Made by a program: the position numbers and the translations under genes. Positions 34,448-44,630 of a stretch of 64,000 bases of DNA are shown piece by piece (positions within the stretch are counted from its first letter, which is position 1; each line of letters opens with the position of its first letter). This DNA is from Oscillospiraceae bacterium (GTDB taxonomy: Bacteria > Bacillota > Clostridia > Oscillospirales > UBA929), in NCBI GenBank assembly GCA_009780275.1, contig WRAI01000002.1, forward strand, positions 64,231 to 128,230. Reading direction: 5' to 3'. Under the pieces are notes generated by a model. That model was not told the DNA's origin, did not search any database, and saw nothing but the letters and a program-made list of their open reading frames with translations.

Positions 34448-35938
34448 ATGAAAAAAACTATCTTACTCACCGCACTTATCCTGACGGCAGCTCTGCTTCT
34501 GCTGACAGCTTGTGACCGAACCGATGCGCGGTGGGAAAACACCCTGCAAGAGGCGCAAGGTAACGGTGAAATCACGCAAGGCCGCCGCGTTAACGCGCTG
34601 CTGCACAACGACGGCACATGGCAACTTGTTGTTGCGTTAGACGAGGTTGTCAGCCATCCGACTACACTCACCATCGAGGGCATTGACGGCGAAGTGTTCG
34701 GTCAAGAGATAGATGATATGGCTATATCTGCGCCGTTGCAGACTGACGCCGGCTACATTGTGACAATTGAACGCAACGGCGAATCGGCGCAAGGAATTGT
34801 GCGCTTTAACCGGGATGAATGGCTGAGTATTGACGGGCAAACACAGTCCCGTGACGTGAGAAACTTTCAGGTCATAGCGGCCAACGGGCGCAATTTGGGC
34901 GAATTTGAGAGCGTGTTTCACGCCATGGAGCAAACTTTCCGCCGCACAGGCGCACAGGTTAAGGAAGACGGTGGGCGTGTCGTGTTCACCGAGGGCGAAG
35001 CCAATGCCATCTTCTTGTTCCAGCACACACGGTTTATCAACGTTGTATATGACGAAATATCGGCGCGGGATTTTCTCGATAATCATCCGTTTACCCATGC
35101 GGTGCGCAGTGATGGTTCGATTTTTGACAACAGCTACCGTTTTTTTGCCACAGATGAACGCTATGAACCCGACCCGCATATGTGGGAGCCTAACAGCGGC
35201 GGCTACACTTACAAAGTACCATATTCGTTTAACGGGTTTAGACGCGTAACAACCGTGATAGACTTGAGTCAAGCGCGCTTCCGCAAGTCGGATCGCTCAG
35301 GCGAGCCCGGGCAGGGCTTCAACGCTTACATTTTCTTTGCTTTGCAGAATGCCACATTTACCGTTGACGCAGGTATTTATGCGGGGTATGCCAATGACGG
35401 AGTATGGCGTGTCTTTATGGCCAATAAAGACGGCGGGTTGACCGATTTTGGGCCTATCGTTGAGGCCGACTATGACAACGGCTCGTGGATCCCGCGCGAT
35501 GACGTGCGGATTACCATTTGGTATTCCGATGGCATGGCCAACATGGAGGTTGAGAACCTAACGACAGGGCAAATCGTTGCGGCCGAAATTGTGCACCCGG
35601 AAATCGGCGGCAATGCAGCATTTATTTCGGGTACATCATTTGTGCCGGCAAATCTTTCCTATCGCCATACGCCGGACTGGCGCAACGGTGGCTATTTGCT
35701 CAACGTTATTTACAGCGAAAAATATCTACAGCGCACCGGCGCACGACTGGGCGAATTTGAGAACTTTTCATACTGGTACGGCAGCCCCGAGACATTCTAT
35801 TACTTCTTCCTGTATCAAGATGACACTTGCCACGTTGATTTCCTGCGCAACAGCAACGGCGATGTGATTGGCGAGGTCATCAACATCGACTATCGGTTCT
35901 GGGATGACAGAGATGCAGATACCTGGCGAGGATGGTAG
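34448..35938 (+). CDS. Lipoprotein of unknown function (496 aa)
   Basis: MKKTILLTALILTAALLLLTAC lipobox. No family recognised. Starts 4 nt after nth. Confidence 0.65.
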   Translation: MKKTILLTALILTAALLLLTACDRTDARWENTLQEAQGNGEITQGRRVNALLHNDGTWQLVVALDEVVSHPTTLTIEGIDGEVFGQEIDDMAISAPLQTDAGYIVTIERNGESAQGIVRFNRDEWLSIDGQTQSRDVRNFQVIAANGRNLGEFESVFHAMEQTFRRTGAQVKEDGGRVVFTEGEANAIFLFQHTRFINVVYDEISARDFLDNHPFTHAVRSDGSIFDNSYRFFATDERYEPDPHMWEPNSGGYTYKVPYSFNGFRRVTTVIDLSQARFRKSDRSGEPGQGFNAYIFFALQNATFTVDAGIYAGYANDGVWRVFMANKDGGLTDFGPIVEADYDNGSWIPRDDVRITIWYSDGMANMEVENLTTGQIVAAEIVHPEIGGNAAFISGTSFVPANLSYRHTPDWRNGGYLLNVIYSEKYLQRTGARLGEFENFSYWYGSPETFYYFFLYQDDTCHVDFLRNSNGDVIGEVINIDYRFWDDRDADTWRGW

Positions 35939-35993
35939 GCGATAGCGTTACCACACAATCGCTTGACAAAAAATGAATTTGCAAAAGGGACGC

Positions 35994-36413
35994 TTATTGC
36001 GTCCCTTTTACTTTAACCAAAATTTTCTTCACAGCCTCCCCTGCCTCGATGCAATCGGCAACCAGCAACTCCATCACGCAAACGCCTGTGTTATCGCGGT
36101 TACGGATGTTTTCGACCAGTTGCCCGTACGTTGCCGTAATGCCGTGCGCCGTCAACCAATCGTATGCGCCACGGCTCATTAGCTTTCCGTAAACAACCGC
36201 AACGCCGTTGACAATCAGCAATGCCGCGGCGGCTCGTCCGACAACAGTGTCGGCAACGCTTGCGCCTTGCAAATCATCGGCGTGGTTGGCGTGCAATTGC
36301 AACAACGGACGCAAGCCCTTGCCTTGCAATGTGTGCAAAGCTGCGCCGTCACGTACGACAACGCAGCTATGCGCACCTAAAAGCTCTTCGCCGTTAAAAT
36401 GCAAAGTTGCCAT
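35994..36413 (-). CDS. DUF1893 (TM1506-like) protein
   Basis: Start at MATLHFNG. D.VVGRAAA.L......V.VY....S..A...L..HGI pattern recalled for DUF1893. Confidence 0.55.
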   Translation of the reverse strand: MATLHFNGEELLGAHSCVVVRDGAALHTLQGKGLRPLLQLHANHADDLQGASVADTVVGRAAAALLIVNGVAVVYGKLMSRGAYDWLTAHGITATYGQLVENIRNRDNTGVCVMELLVADCIEAGEAVKKILVKVKGTQ

Positions 36414-37611
36414 TGACAAATATCGGAATCTCTTTGCCGTCAACGTCTGTACCGACAATCGACAAGTCTGCCGTGCCGACCATGAAGTCGATATGCGTCA
36501 ACGAATCATTTTGCCCGCGGGCTTTTGCCGTCTCTTCGTCCGGCGTATCGCGAAAGCATGGGTACGCCTTACCGAACGCAAAGTGGCATGACGCGTTTTC
36601 GTCAAACAACGTGTTGTAAAACAGCACGTTCATGTTAGAAATCGGCGAATCGTACGGCACAAGCGCAATTTCGCCCAAATAACGTGCGCCCTCGTCGATG
36701 TTCAGTTCGTTTTCGAGATATTCTTGCCCTTTTTCGGCGGTTACATTGACAATTTTTCCGTTTTCAAAGGCAAACTTCATGCCGTCGACAATATTACCGT
36801 TAAGCGACAACGGCATGGACGAATACAATACACCGTTCACGCCGTCGCGCTTTGGTAGCGTGAAAATCTCTTCGCTCGGCATATTGGCGACAAATTGTAC
36901 GCCGTCAGCGCTCTTTTCGCCGCAGGCAATCCACTGGTGTTGGTCGGGCAATTCCAGTGTCAAATCAGTGCCCAAGCTGTTGATGTAGTGCAGGCTTTTG
37001 AGGTTGTAGCTGTTGAGCGTTTCCGAGCGTTTGTGCATAATTTCGAGATGCTTGCGCCAGTTTGCCACCGCATCACCTTCAAGGCGTGTCGCAACGGAAA
37101 TAGCTTGCCACAACGCCGCCATTGCATCATCATCGCTCTTATCGGGGAATACGCGCTTTGCCCAGCTGACAGTCGGCACACTAACGATATTCCATGCAAA
37201 CTCGTTCGCCATTTGCCTGTCGGAATAGAATTTCAAGCCCGCACTGCTGACCTTGTTCGCGCGCATAATTCTGTCGGGGTCGGCGTCTTTTAGCAGTTCG
37301 GGGTCGGTGGCGTAGACGTTGATAATCGCGGCTTTTTTGTCGGCAAACTCTTTGTACATCTCAACAATCCAGTTCGGCAACTCGTCAAACGTAGCATCGT
37401 CGGCGCGGAGATATCTCATTTGCGTCAGCATATCATCGTTCCAGCGCATGACGACTTCACGCGCACCGGCGTCGTATCCGGCCTCAGCAATTTGCCGCGC
37501 AAAATCGGCGCATTCAACGGGACAGTTGACGACAAGCGTGCCGCCTTTTTGCAGGTTTACGCCGACGTTTACGGCGAGCCGTGCAAATTGTTTTAGGTCT
37601 TGGTTTGTCAT
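36394..37611 (-). CDS. Aminopeptidase, M29 family (AmpS/PepS)
   Basis: LAVNVGVNLQKGGTLVV N-terminus and HFAFGKAYP / HIDFMVG metal-site motifs. Confidence 0.88.
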   Translation of the reverse strand: MTNQDLKQFARLAVNVGVNLQKGGTLVVNCPVECADFARQIAEAGYDAGAREVVMRWNDDMLTQMRYLRADDATFDELPNWIVEMYKEFADKKAAIINVYATDPELLKDADPDRIMRANKVSSAGLKFYSDRQMANEFAWNIVSVPTVSWAKRVFPDKSDDDAMAALWQAISVATRLEGDAVANWRKHLEIMHKRSETLNSYNLKSLHYINSLGTDLTLELPDQHQWIACGEKSADGVQFVANMPSEEIFTLPKRDGVNGVLYSSMPLSLNGNIVDGMKFAFENGKIVNVTAEKGQEYLENELNIDEGARYLGEIALVPYDSPISNMNVLFYNTLFDENASCHFAFGKAYPCFRDTPDEETAKARGQNDSLTHIDFMVGTADLSIVGTDVDGKEIPIFVNGNFAF

Positions 37612-37668
37612 GTGGGTTGCTCCTTTATGTGGTGTATTTTGTATTGTATGGACGGCGGTGTGCCGCCC

Positions 37669-38436
37669 CTACGAAGATAACACGTTTGCTTCCAGCCATT
37701 TTGCCACGCCGTCATTTTCGTTTGTGTCGGCACGAACGGTTGACACAGCTTTGACCTCGTCGATGGCGTCATCCATCACAACGCCTGTGCCGCAAGCGGT
37801 TAGCATATCAATATCGTTCAAATCGTCACCGAATGCAACCATTTCTGCCGGCATTATGCCCCAGTGTTGCGCCAACGCCATAACGGCGTTGCTTTTGCGC
37901 GCTTCGCGGTGCATAATCATTGCCAAACCGTCGCGGGCAAGGATTACATAGGCCTCATCAGGAAGATGGTTTTCGATGAATTCGGCATCTTCTGAGACAC
38001 ACTCCTCAACATAGATTTTCTCGGCGTTAAGATTGTATTGCTCAAAATCAACGATTTCAAACTCGAAATCCAACCCCCAGCGTTTGTGTACATCAAAGTT
38101 TGTATAATGCTTCCTGCCGCGTTGCGCGCCGGTTACCATACCGCGATTATCGCAAGCCATCAGCAACTTACGACCCGTTTCAGCCTGAATGAACCGCTCG
38201 TATACAACCGTGCCGCCAACCATCGAAACCGCACCGTTATTGTACGCGCAACCGTCAAACATCCCGGGCGGAAACAGCTCGACTGAATGACACCCTCGAC
38301 CCGTGGCGTAAGCCACTTTAATCCCGCGCGCTTGCACACGCCGCAACACATCTTGCGTGTAATCGCTGATGGTTTTGTCCTCGCGCAACAGTGTGCCATC
38401 GAGGTCGGTGACGATGAGTTTAATATCCATACTCAC
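37669..38436 (-). CDS. Cof-type HAD-IIB phosphatase
   Basis: LIVTDLDGTLL motif I and FGDDLNDIDML motif IV. Confidence 0.85.
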   Translation of the reverse strand: MSMDIKLIVTDLDGTLLREDKTISDYTQDVLRRVQARGIKVAYATGRGCHSVELFPPGMFDGCAYNNGAVSMVGGTVVYERFIQAETGRKLLMACDNRGMVTGAQRGRKHYTNFDVHKRWGLDFEFEIVDFEQYNLNAEKIYVEECVSEDAEFIENHLPDEAYVILARDGLAMIMHREARKSNAVMALAQHWGIMPAEMVAFGDDLNDIDMLTACGTGVVMDDAIDEVKAVSTVRADTNENDGVAKWLEANVLSS

Positions 38437-39226
38437 TCCTCAGCCACTTTAATTCTTCGATAATGTACTCCAAATCATCAAACGTCCAGCGTCCGTATTC
38501 GACTATCATCAGCGCGTTTTTGTCGGCTTTGCGCAGTATCGGGTCGTAATCTATCGCGCCGCGCTTGTCCCTCAGCGGCCAGTGCTTGTCTTCCGTGCCG
38601 TCATTGTTGTGCAGGTGATAGGCTTTGATTTTATCGCCCAATTGCTCGATTAACGCAAGCATATCCCACCCGCAATTTTGCGCGTGTCCGATGTCAACAA
38701 GGCACTCCATGCCGGGAATCTCGGCAAACAGTTCAGCAAACTGCTCTTGATTGAACAGTACGCTGTCGCTTTGCAAACTGCCGCAATTCTCGACAAGCAA
38801 TTTCACGCCGTATTCCGCCGCCAATGCCGCCCATTGTACGTAACGCTCACGCCAGCGCAGGCGCACGGATTCCCGCTCGGCCTGCGGCGTTTTTTCGCCG
38901 TACAGCGCGGCGTGAATGACCATATATTCGGCGTTGCACAGCTGTGCGGTGCGCAGGCATTCACGCAACCGCGTAATGCTATACTTGTACGCCCAGCCGT
39001 CAACATCATCACACATCAAGCGCACGCCGTCCATGGGGTAATGAAAGCTGACCAATTGCCGCTCAATTTGCGGACGCAGAAGTTCGGCAATATTGGCGTT
39101 ATCGTAAAGCGGCAGTGCGTCGTAAAAGATTTCGATGCCGATGTCATGCAAGCCGTTGTCTTGCAGTCGTTGCAGCATTGGAATAAGCTGTTCGCGCGGA
39201 CAGCAGGATGAGCTAAGAGCCAGCAT
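38420..39226 (-). CDS. Sugar phosphate isomerase/epimerase (xylose-isomerase-like TIM barrel)
   Basis: VIHAALYG, LLVEN, DIGHA, HLHNNDG metal-ligand pattern. Confidence 0.75.
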   Translation of the reverse strand: MLALSSSCCPREQLIPMLQRLQDNGLHDIGIEIFYDALPLYDNANIAELLRPQIERQLVSFHYPMDGVRLMCDDVDGWAYKYSITRLRECLRTAQLCNAEYMVIHAALYGEKTPQAERESVRLRWRERYVQWAALAAEYGVKLLVENCGSLQSDSVLFNQEQFAELFAEIPGMECLVDIGHAQNCGWDMLALIEQLGDKIKAYHLHNNDGTEDKHWPLRDKRGAIDYDPILRKADKNALMIVEYGRWTFDDLEYIIEELKWLRSEYGY

Positions 39227-39249
39227 TAGTTACCTCCGACAGAATTATT

Positions 39250-40035
39250 CTATCCCCACATTCGTCCTGCATCATATGAGCCAAAGACTGTACCGGCCTC
39301 TATGCCGTCATATAGTCCATCAAGCAGTTCGGACACCGTTACAAGCTGGAAGCCCTCTTGGAGCAGTCGGGGCACTAAAAGCTCGACGGCGTGGGCAGTT
39401 GTCTCGTGTATGTCGTGCAATAAGATCACGGCGCCGTCTTGCACTTGGTCCATAATTCTTTCTACAATGACATCAGCATCTCGGTCACGCCAGTCCATTG
39501 GGTCGACAGTCCATTTTATGACCGCATAGCCCAACTCTGCGGATATGCCGATAACTCTTTCATCGGCTAACCCAAACGGAGGCCGGTATATTGGAGGCGA
39601 CATACCAGTAATGGCAGCGATGGCGGCAGAGGTAGATTGTATCTCATTGATGATGGCCTCATCGGTCAGCGAAGTCATATGCGGATGCGTCCAAGTATGG
39701 TTAGCGATTTCATTGCCCATTTCAAACGCACGCATCACTGTATCACGGTGCGTGCTTAACCGTTGACCCACAACAAAAAACGTTGCCCGCCCGCTGTGCT
39801 GTTCCAGCACATCCAGAATACGTTCGGTGTGCGGCGCAGGGCCGTCATCAAACGTCAGCGCAACTATGGGTTGTCTTGGTGTAGGCTGCGGCGTGGGTGC
39901 AGGCAGCGGCACTTCTGTCGGTACAGCGGGGTTTGGCGCGGATCGGGGCGCAGCTGTCGGGGCATGCGCTGTCGTGCAGGCGGCAAGCGTCAGCGCGACA
40001 ATCAGCAATAAAATTGACAATGTTTTCACAGGCAC
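39250..40035 (-). CDS. Polysaccharide deacetylase (NodB domain) lipoprotein
   Basis: LTLAAC lipobox, LTFDDGP, NHTWTHPH motifs. Confidence 0.85.
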   Translation of the reverse strand: MPVKTLSILLLIVALTLAACTTAHAPTAAPRSAPNPAVPTEVPLPAPTPQPTPRQPIVALTFDDGPAPHTERILDVLEQHSGRATFFVVGQRLSTHRDTVMRAFEMGNEIANHTWTHPHMTSLTDEAIINEIQSTSAAIAAITGMSPPIYRPPFGLADERVIGISAELGYAVIKWTVDPMDWRDRDADVIVERIMDQVQDGAVILLHDIHETTAHAVELLVPRLLQEGFQLVTVSELLDGLYDGIEAGTVFGSYDAGRMWG

Positions 40036-40083
40036 ACCTCCCCCATTTTCTTTTGTCAGTATATCACGGAGCGGCTGGTTAGG

Positions 40084-41454
40084 TCAAGCCGATTTTTTGC
40101 GCAGCCATGCCCGTACGTCAAGAGCGTTTAGCAGCAGCGCCATGACACCGCCGATGAGCATGGCAATCACTACACCGAGCAACCGCAACGACGGTTGTGC
40201 CACGGTATACCACGTGATAAGTAATTGCACCAACCCTGCTGCCATGACGTTTGCCGCAGCGCGTTTTTGCTTGCCGACGGCATTGAGTATGCTTGCCGTG
40301 ACAACTTGATACGACGAAAAAAGGAAACTGATACATAGCAACGCCATCATTTTAAAATCAACACTATTGGCAAAGAGTGCATTGACAATGGGTTGGCCGA
40401 AAAGTGCCAACAAAGTCAACATCGGCAGCATAATAATGGTTGTGACACGCAGTGAACGACTGACATACAGGCTGACAAGGCGTTTATTATCCTGTGCCAC
40501 AGCTTCGGAAATACGAGGTGACATCACCAATGTCAATGCGCCGATACAGGCCATGGGCAATGCGATAAGCGGCAGCACCATGCCGAAAATAACGCCGTAA
40601 TGCGACAACGCGTCAATTGACGATAAACCACTTGCCATCAATCGCTCGGGGATGATGACAGCGTTTGCCGAGCTGATAAGGTTAAGCGCAACGGCGGAGA
40701 TTGATACGGGGATGGCGATGTTTAATATTTCGCGGCGATGTGCAGGGGCGGCACCCTGTCGCCCACACATATTAACGCCATTTTGCGAACACATAATGCC
40801 AGCCCTTGCGTTGCGTTTGTGCCTCATATACAGCCACCGCAGCAACATAGAACTCACCACCTCACAGGCGACCAGCCCCGCAACAATGAGTGCGATGGTG
40901 TATTCGGCATGTTGCTGCGGAAATTGCCATACCAAGAACAGCACCGCGCACGAACGCACGATTTGCTCAACCATTTCGCTCAGCGCGGGTGGGTGGATAT
41001 TTTTGATGCCATAAAAATAATTTTTATAAATATTTTCAACACCGGTGAAAAAGATACAAGCGAGCAATACGAGCAGCCCGAGATGTGTTCGTGCGTCACC
41101 GATGAGCACGACAGATATGCCATCGGAGAAGAGCGCGACAACTGCCGCAACGATTAAAAACGCCACAAAGAATAGCCGCAACGCTTTACGCACCAATTGA
41201 TGCGTGCGCTCATACTGCCCAACGGCGGTATACTCGGCCGACAGGCGACTGACAGCAACAGTCAAGCCGGTTGCCACCAGCGACATGATGACGGCGTAAA
41301 CCGGCACGATAAGCTGATATAGTCCCATGACTTCGGCACCGACCAGTCGCACTAGTGCGACACGATAGAAAAACGCGATGATTTGTGAGGTGATGTTCAC
41401 CAGCGTGATAACCGCTGTGGCATAGGTAGCTGTGTTGGTAAGTTTTATGTTCAT
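40084..41454 (-). CDS. MOP-superfamily oligosaccharide/lipid II flippase (MurJ/SpoVB-like)
   Basis: About 14 predicted hydrophobic helices. N-terminus I..F.YR..L.R.LG.E..G.Y is typical of polysaccharide biosynthesis/SpoVB proteins. Confidence 0.8.
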   Translation of the reverse strand: MNIKLTNTATYATAVITLVNITSQIIAFFYRVALVRLVGAEVMGLYQLIVPVYAVIMSLVATGLTVAVSRLSAEYTAVGQYERTHQLVRKALRLFFVAFLIVAAVVALFSDGISVVLIGDARTHLGLLVLLACIFFTGVENIYKNYFYGIKNIHPPALSEMVEQIVRSCAVLFLVWQFPQQHAEYTIALIVAGLVACEVVSSMLLRWLYMRHKRNARAGIMCSQNGVNMCGRQGAAPAHRREILNIAIPVSISAVALNLISSANAVIIPERLMASGLSSIDALSHYGVIFGMVLPLIALPMACIGALTLVMSPRISEAVAQDNKRLVSLYVSRSLRVTTIIMLPMLTLLALFGQPIVNALFANSVDFKMMALLCISFLFSSYQVVTASILNAVGKQKRAAANVMAAGLVQLLITWYTVAQPSLRLLGVVIAMLIGGVMALLLNALDVRAWLRKKSA

Positions 41455-41593
41455 GCAATCGCCTCCTCTGTAACCTTATGAGGACGAGTTGGGCGATATG
41501 TTCATCATAATCTATTATGGGTCTACGATATAACTGCAGCATATTTATGCTACTCACAATTCCGTTTTTAGCAGCAATTTGTAATACTCCGCC

Positions 41594-42091
41594 TTACTCA
41601 ATAAACACCGCGGAATACCAGTGCGGAACCTCATCGTGTGCTTGTAATACGTCCAGCGGCAAGCCCAGTCCATGTACAGTCTTAAACACATCAACACCAA
41701 CAGCATGGAACGCCGGGCGCGCTTTCATAACGTTGTGGCAGTCCTTGTCATGCACTTTTGCACACTCTTTGCAGAGCCCACAGTCGCTTAGCGAAAAGGC
41801 AAAATGATAGCCATCGAGAAAAGCGGCACGCTCAATTTCAAATGAGATTTTTTGCGAAAGGTGTTTGTCGCGGCAACCGATAACCACGCCCCAATTGTAA
41901 CGCTGGAACAGCTCGCGGTACTCGTCCATACTGAGCGGCGACTTTTGGTACGGACAGGTGTGATTTTTGCCATAGGTAGAGCAACCAAACAGACATTTCA
42001 GCACAACTCGTGGATCGAAAACAATGTCATCGATGTTAAACTTGACGGCGTAATCGGCGCCCATATCAAAAGCTTGGGTGATGTATTTCAT
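41594..42091 (-). CDS. DUF2284 metal-binding protein
   Basis: CLFGCSTYGKNHTCP and C..C cysteine motifs recalled for DUF2284. Confidence 0.6.
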   Translation of the reverse strand: MKYITQAFDMGADYAVKFNIDDIVFDPRVVLKCLFGCSTYGKNHTCPYQKSPLSMDEYRELFQRYNWGVVIGCRDKHLSQKISFEIERAAFLDGYHFAFSLSDCGLCKECAKVHDKDCHNVMKARPAFHAVGVDVFKTVHGLGLPLDVLQAHDEVPHWYSAVFIE

Positions 42092-42510
42092 AGAGATTTC
42101 TCCTTATTCAGTCTAATTCTGCTTTTGCTAACATCAAAGCCATCAGGATAACGCTTTTTAAGCTTTTCTACATTGTGGATAGCAATCTCTTCCAACGTAA
42201 TGTCTAAGCCTGACGCGATGATGGCTAAATACCACAAACAATCAGAAGCTTCGTCCAATAATTTTTCGGCATCCAACGCATGACCTTGAAATTTATGTTT
42301 CTTGACAATATCGATGCATTCCCCTGCTTCACCGCACAGCCCCATCACACCGTTCAAAATCAAACTGTCTTTTGAATAGTCACCAGCCGTTCTCATTGCT
42401 AAGGCTTGATATTCGTTAAAGTTCATGTCGCGCATTACCTCCAAAGATGTAAATTTTTCTGTGCCACCGACTGGTAGGTGGCTGAGACTATGTGTGTTTA
42501 TTAGACTCAT
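42088..42510 (-). CDS. MazG-like nucleoside triphosphate pyrophosphohydrolase (the start could instead be Met29 at 42426)
   Basis: NEYQ..A.RTA, GL.GE.GE, E.SD.LWY, and KL..RYP motifs of all-alpha NTP-PPases. ATGA overlap with the upstream stop. Confidence 0.7.
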   Translation of the reverse strand: MSLINTHSLSHLPVGGTEKFTSLEVMRDMNFNEYQALAMRTAGDYSKDSLILNGVMGLCGEAGECIDIVKKHKFQGHALDAEKLLDEASDCLWYLAIIASGLDITLEEIAIHNVEKLKKRYPDGFDVSKSRIRLNKEKSL

Positions 42511-43196
42511 TTATCTTTTTGAAATTCTACAAATAAGTATAACGGAATATCAGGTATTTTATCATCTCCATATACCTTAGGCTCCAATATTTCTTTCAAA
42601 GTAAAGCCAGCTTTTGCCACTGTATTGAGATAATAAGAGATTGGTCTGTGATAGTGCATGGTAGCACCCCAAAACATTTGTTGCTCAGCTATTGGTGTAA
42701 TATAATCGAAAACTTTTTTGGACAGCACAATGTCCTGTTCATTTTTCTCCCATTCTGCACGATAAAAAGCGGGGTGAACGATGGAGAAAAAAAGTCTTCC
42801 GTTGTTTTTGGTTATTCTGTAAAATTCTGAAATTGCGTTATCTATGGGGTCAATGTCCATCAATACTAAGTGACAAAACACGATGTCAAAAGCATTATTC
42901 TCGTAGGGCATTGCTCCCATGATATTTACTTCCTCATAATTGTATAGCGGATACTTCTCTTTAGCTATTTTTATCATTTCTGCCGAAGCGTCACAGCCTG
43001 TGACGATACCGCCATTTTGACTTAAAATATGTGTATACTCCCCATTGCCACATCCCGCGTCAAGAACATTTAGTTTGTCGACATCCGAAAAGTGTTTAGA
43101 TATAAACGCTCTGCAAAAAAGTGAATGGCAAGAAGTGTCTTCAAATGCTGAGTAAGAACGGGCCGCATCATTCCAAGCCTGTATATTTTTATCCAT
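42507..43196 (-). CDS. Class I SAM-dependent methyltransferase
   Basis: VLDAGCGNGEYT motif I. GAAGGAG RBS before the MDKNIQ start. Confidence 0.8.
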   Translation of the reverse strand: MDKNIQAWNDAARSYSAFEDTSCHSLFCRAFISKHFSDVDKLNVLDAGCGNGEYTHILSQNGGIVTGCDASAEMIKIAKEKYPLYNYEEVNIMGAMPYENNAFDIVFCHLVLMDIDPIDNAISEFYRITKNNGRLFFSIVHPAFYRAEWEKNEQDIVLSKKVFDYITPIAEQQMFWGATMHYHRPISYYLNTVAKAGFTLKEILEPKVYGDDKIPDIPLYLFVEFQKDK

Positions 43197-43321
43197 AAAC
43201 AAGCTCCTTCGTAAAAACATTTATCACATCTATACATTGCTAATAAAATTATACCAAAGTCTACCATACATCAACTATATCTCTAAATATCTCATCGTTT
43301 ATGATGATGAGAATACATTAA

Positions 43322-44185
43322 CTACCCATACTGCTTAATTTCCAGGAAAATCTTACCTTTCTTACTATACCCCAAAACAACGAGGATTTCAATCTTTCCC
43401 TTGCCGCGGATTGTGATTTTATCTCCGGGTTGCAGCAATTTGTCAGACTTTATGCATTCGGCGGCATTCAACGCAACGCCGCCTTTTTCTATGAGCGATG
43501 ATGAGACTGCTCGCGACATCCCCCAAGCCGCGCCGACAACGCAATCCAGCCGCAGGGAAGATACCGTAACTGTACTGATTGCAAAGTCATTGTAGCCTGT
43601 GCAAATTTCATCGGGCATGATATACGAAAGTATGAGCTGTTTTCGCCCTGCTTTTTGATAGTTCATCATAACATACTCGGCAATTTCGCTCAACACAACA
43701 ATATCTGCACCATTGTCATGCACAAAAATATCACCGATACACTCACGTTTAATCTGTAAGCCCATCAACGAGCCGAGATAGTCTCGGTGCGTGAGCATAT
43801 CTTGCTTGGCTTTTTCTGCACGGATAACGCGGAACAATTCATGCTCGGTGGAATAATCGGGCAGGAATATACATGTCTTTCGCTCGGCGTCCAAAACGCC
43901 GCCATCAAAATGATAATCCCTGTAATTCAGCCGCGAGAGCAGTTGTTGTACCAATGCTTGTTGGCGAGAATCTAAAAATCGTGTAGCAGTCAAGATATTT
44001 TTGCGCCTACAGTCCGCCATTTTATCGCAAATGGCGGATAGAAAAATATACTCATCATTGTTGGCTGCGAGCGATTTGCATATGTCTTTTATACCCATAC
44101 CATACATGATAGCATAGAAGTGTTGGTTGTGGCAACTAAACACATGACAGGGGCGGGTTGAAAAAATAGAGAAAGCATGATACAA
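43322..44185 (-). CDS. YlmH-like RNA-binding S4-domain protein (start uncertain; internal Mets at 44107 and 44098)
   Basis: FLDSRQQ, the central domain, and a C-terminal S4 motif (LRLD.V...A.G.SR......I..G.V.LN). Confidence 0.55.
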   Translation of the reverse strand: MYHAFSIFSTRPCHVFSCHNQHFYAIMYGMGIKDICKSLAANNDEYIFLSAICDKMADCRRKNILTATRFLDSRQQALVQQLLSRLNYRDYHFDGGVLDAERKTCIFLPDYSTEHELFRVIRAEKAKQDMLTHRDYLGSLMGLQIKRECIGDIFVHDNGADIVVLSEIAEYVMMNYQKAGRKQLILSYIMPDEICTGYNDFAISTVTVSSLRLDCVVGAAWGMSRAVSSSLIEKGGVALNAAECIKSDKLLQPGDKITIRGKGKIEILVVLGYSKKGKIFLEIKQYG

Positions 44186-44230
44186 TTATTGTGCCTTTGA
44201 AATCGATAAACCGTTAGAAAAGGAGCAATT

Positions 44231-44623
44231 ATGGGCAAAAAGTTGGTTGAATACGCTAAAGACATAGTCGGACAATACGCGTTACATGGCTTTGAAGGGA
44301 ATACCGCTGGGAAAGTATCTGCTGCTCTTCTAACCGAACAGGGGAATATTTATACCGGCATAAACATTGACGTGGCTTGTAGTTTAGGGTTTTGTGCCGA
44401 GCATTCAGCGATTGCGGAGATGCTCAAAAATCGCGAAACGCACGTTGTGAGCATCGTTGCGGTTCGAGATGACGGCGCAATACTTCCGCCCTGCGGGCGT
44501 TGCCGCGAAATGCTTATGCAGATTAACTTTTCTAACGCAGACGCGCGGGTGATTGTTGCTGAAAATAAATCAGTTCTGCTTCGAGAATTACTGCCTTTTC
44601 ACTGGAATGACATAAAGGATTAG
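44231..44623 (+). CDS. cdd: Cytidine deaminase
   Basis: CAEHSAI (H/CAE) and PCGRCRE zinc motifs. 130 aa. Confidence 0.8.
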   Translation: MGKKLVEYAKDIVGQYALHGFEGNTAGKVSAALLTEQGNIYTGINIDVACSLGFCAEHSAIAEMLKNRETHVVSIVAVRDDGAILPPCGRCREMLMQINFSNADARVIVAENKSVLLRELLPFHWNDIKD

Positions 44624-44630
44624 AGCGATT

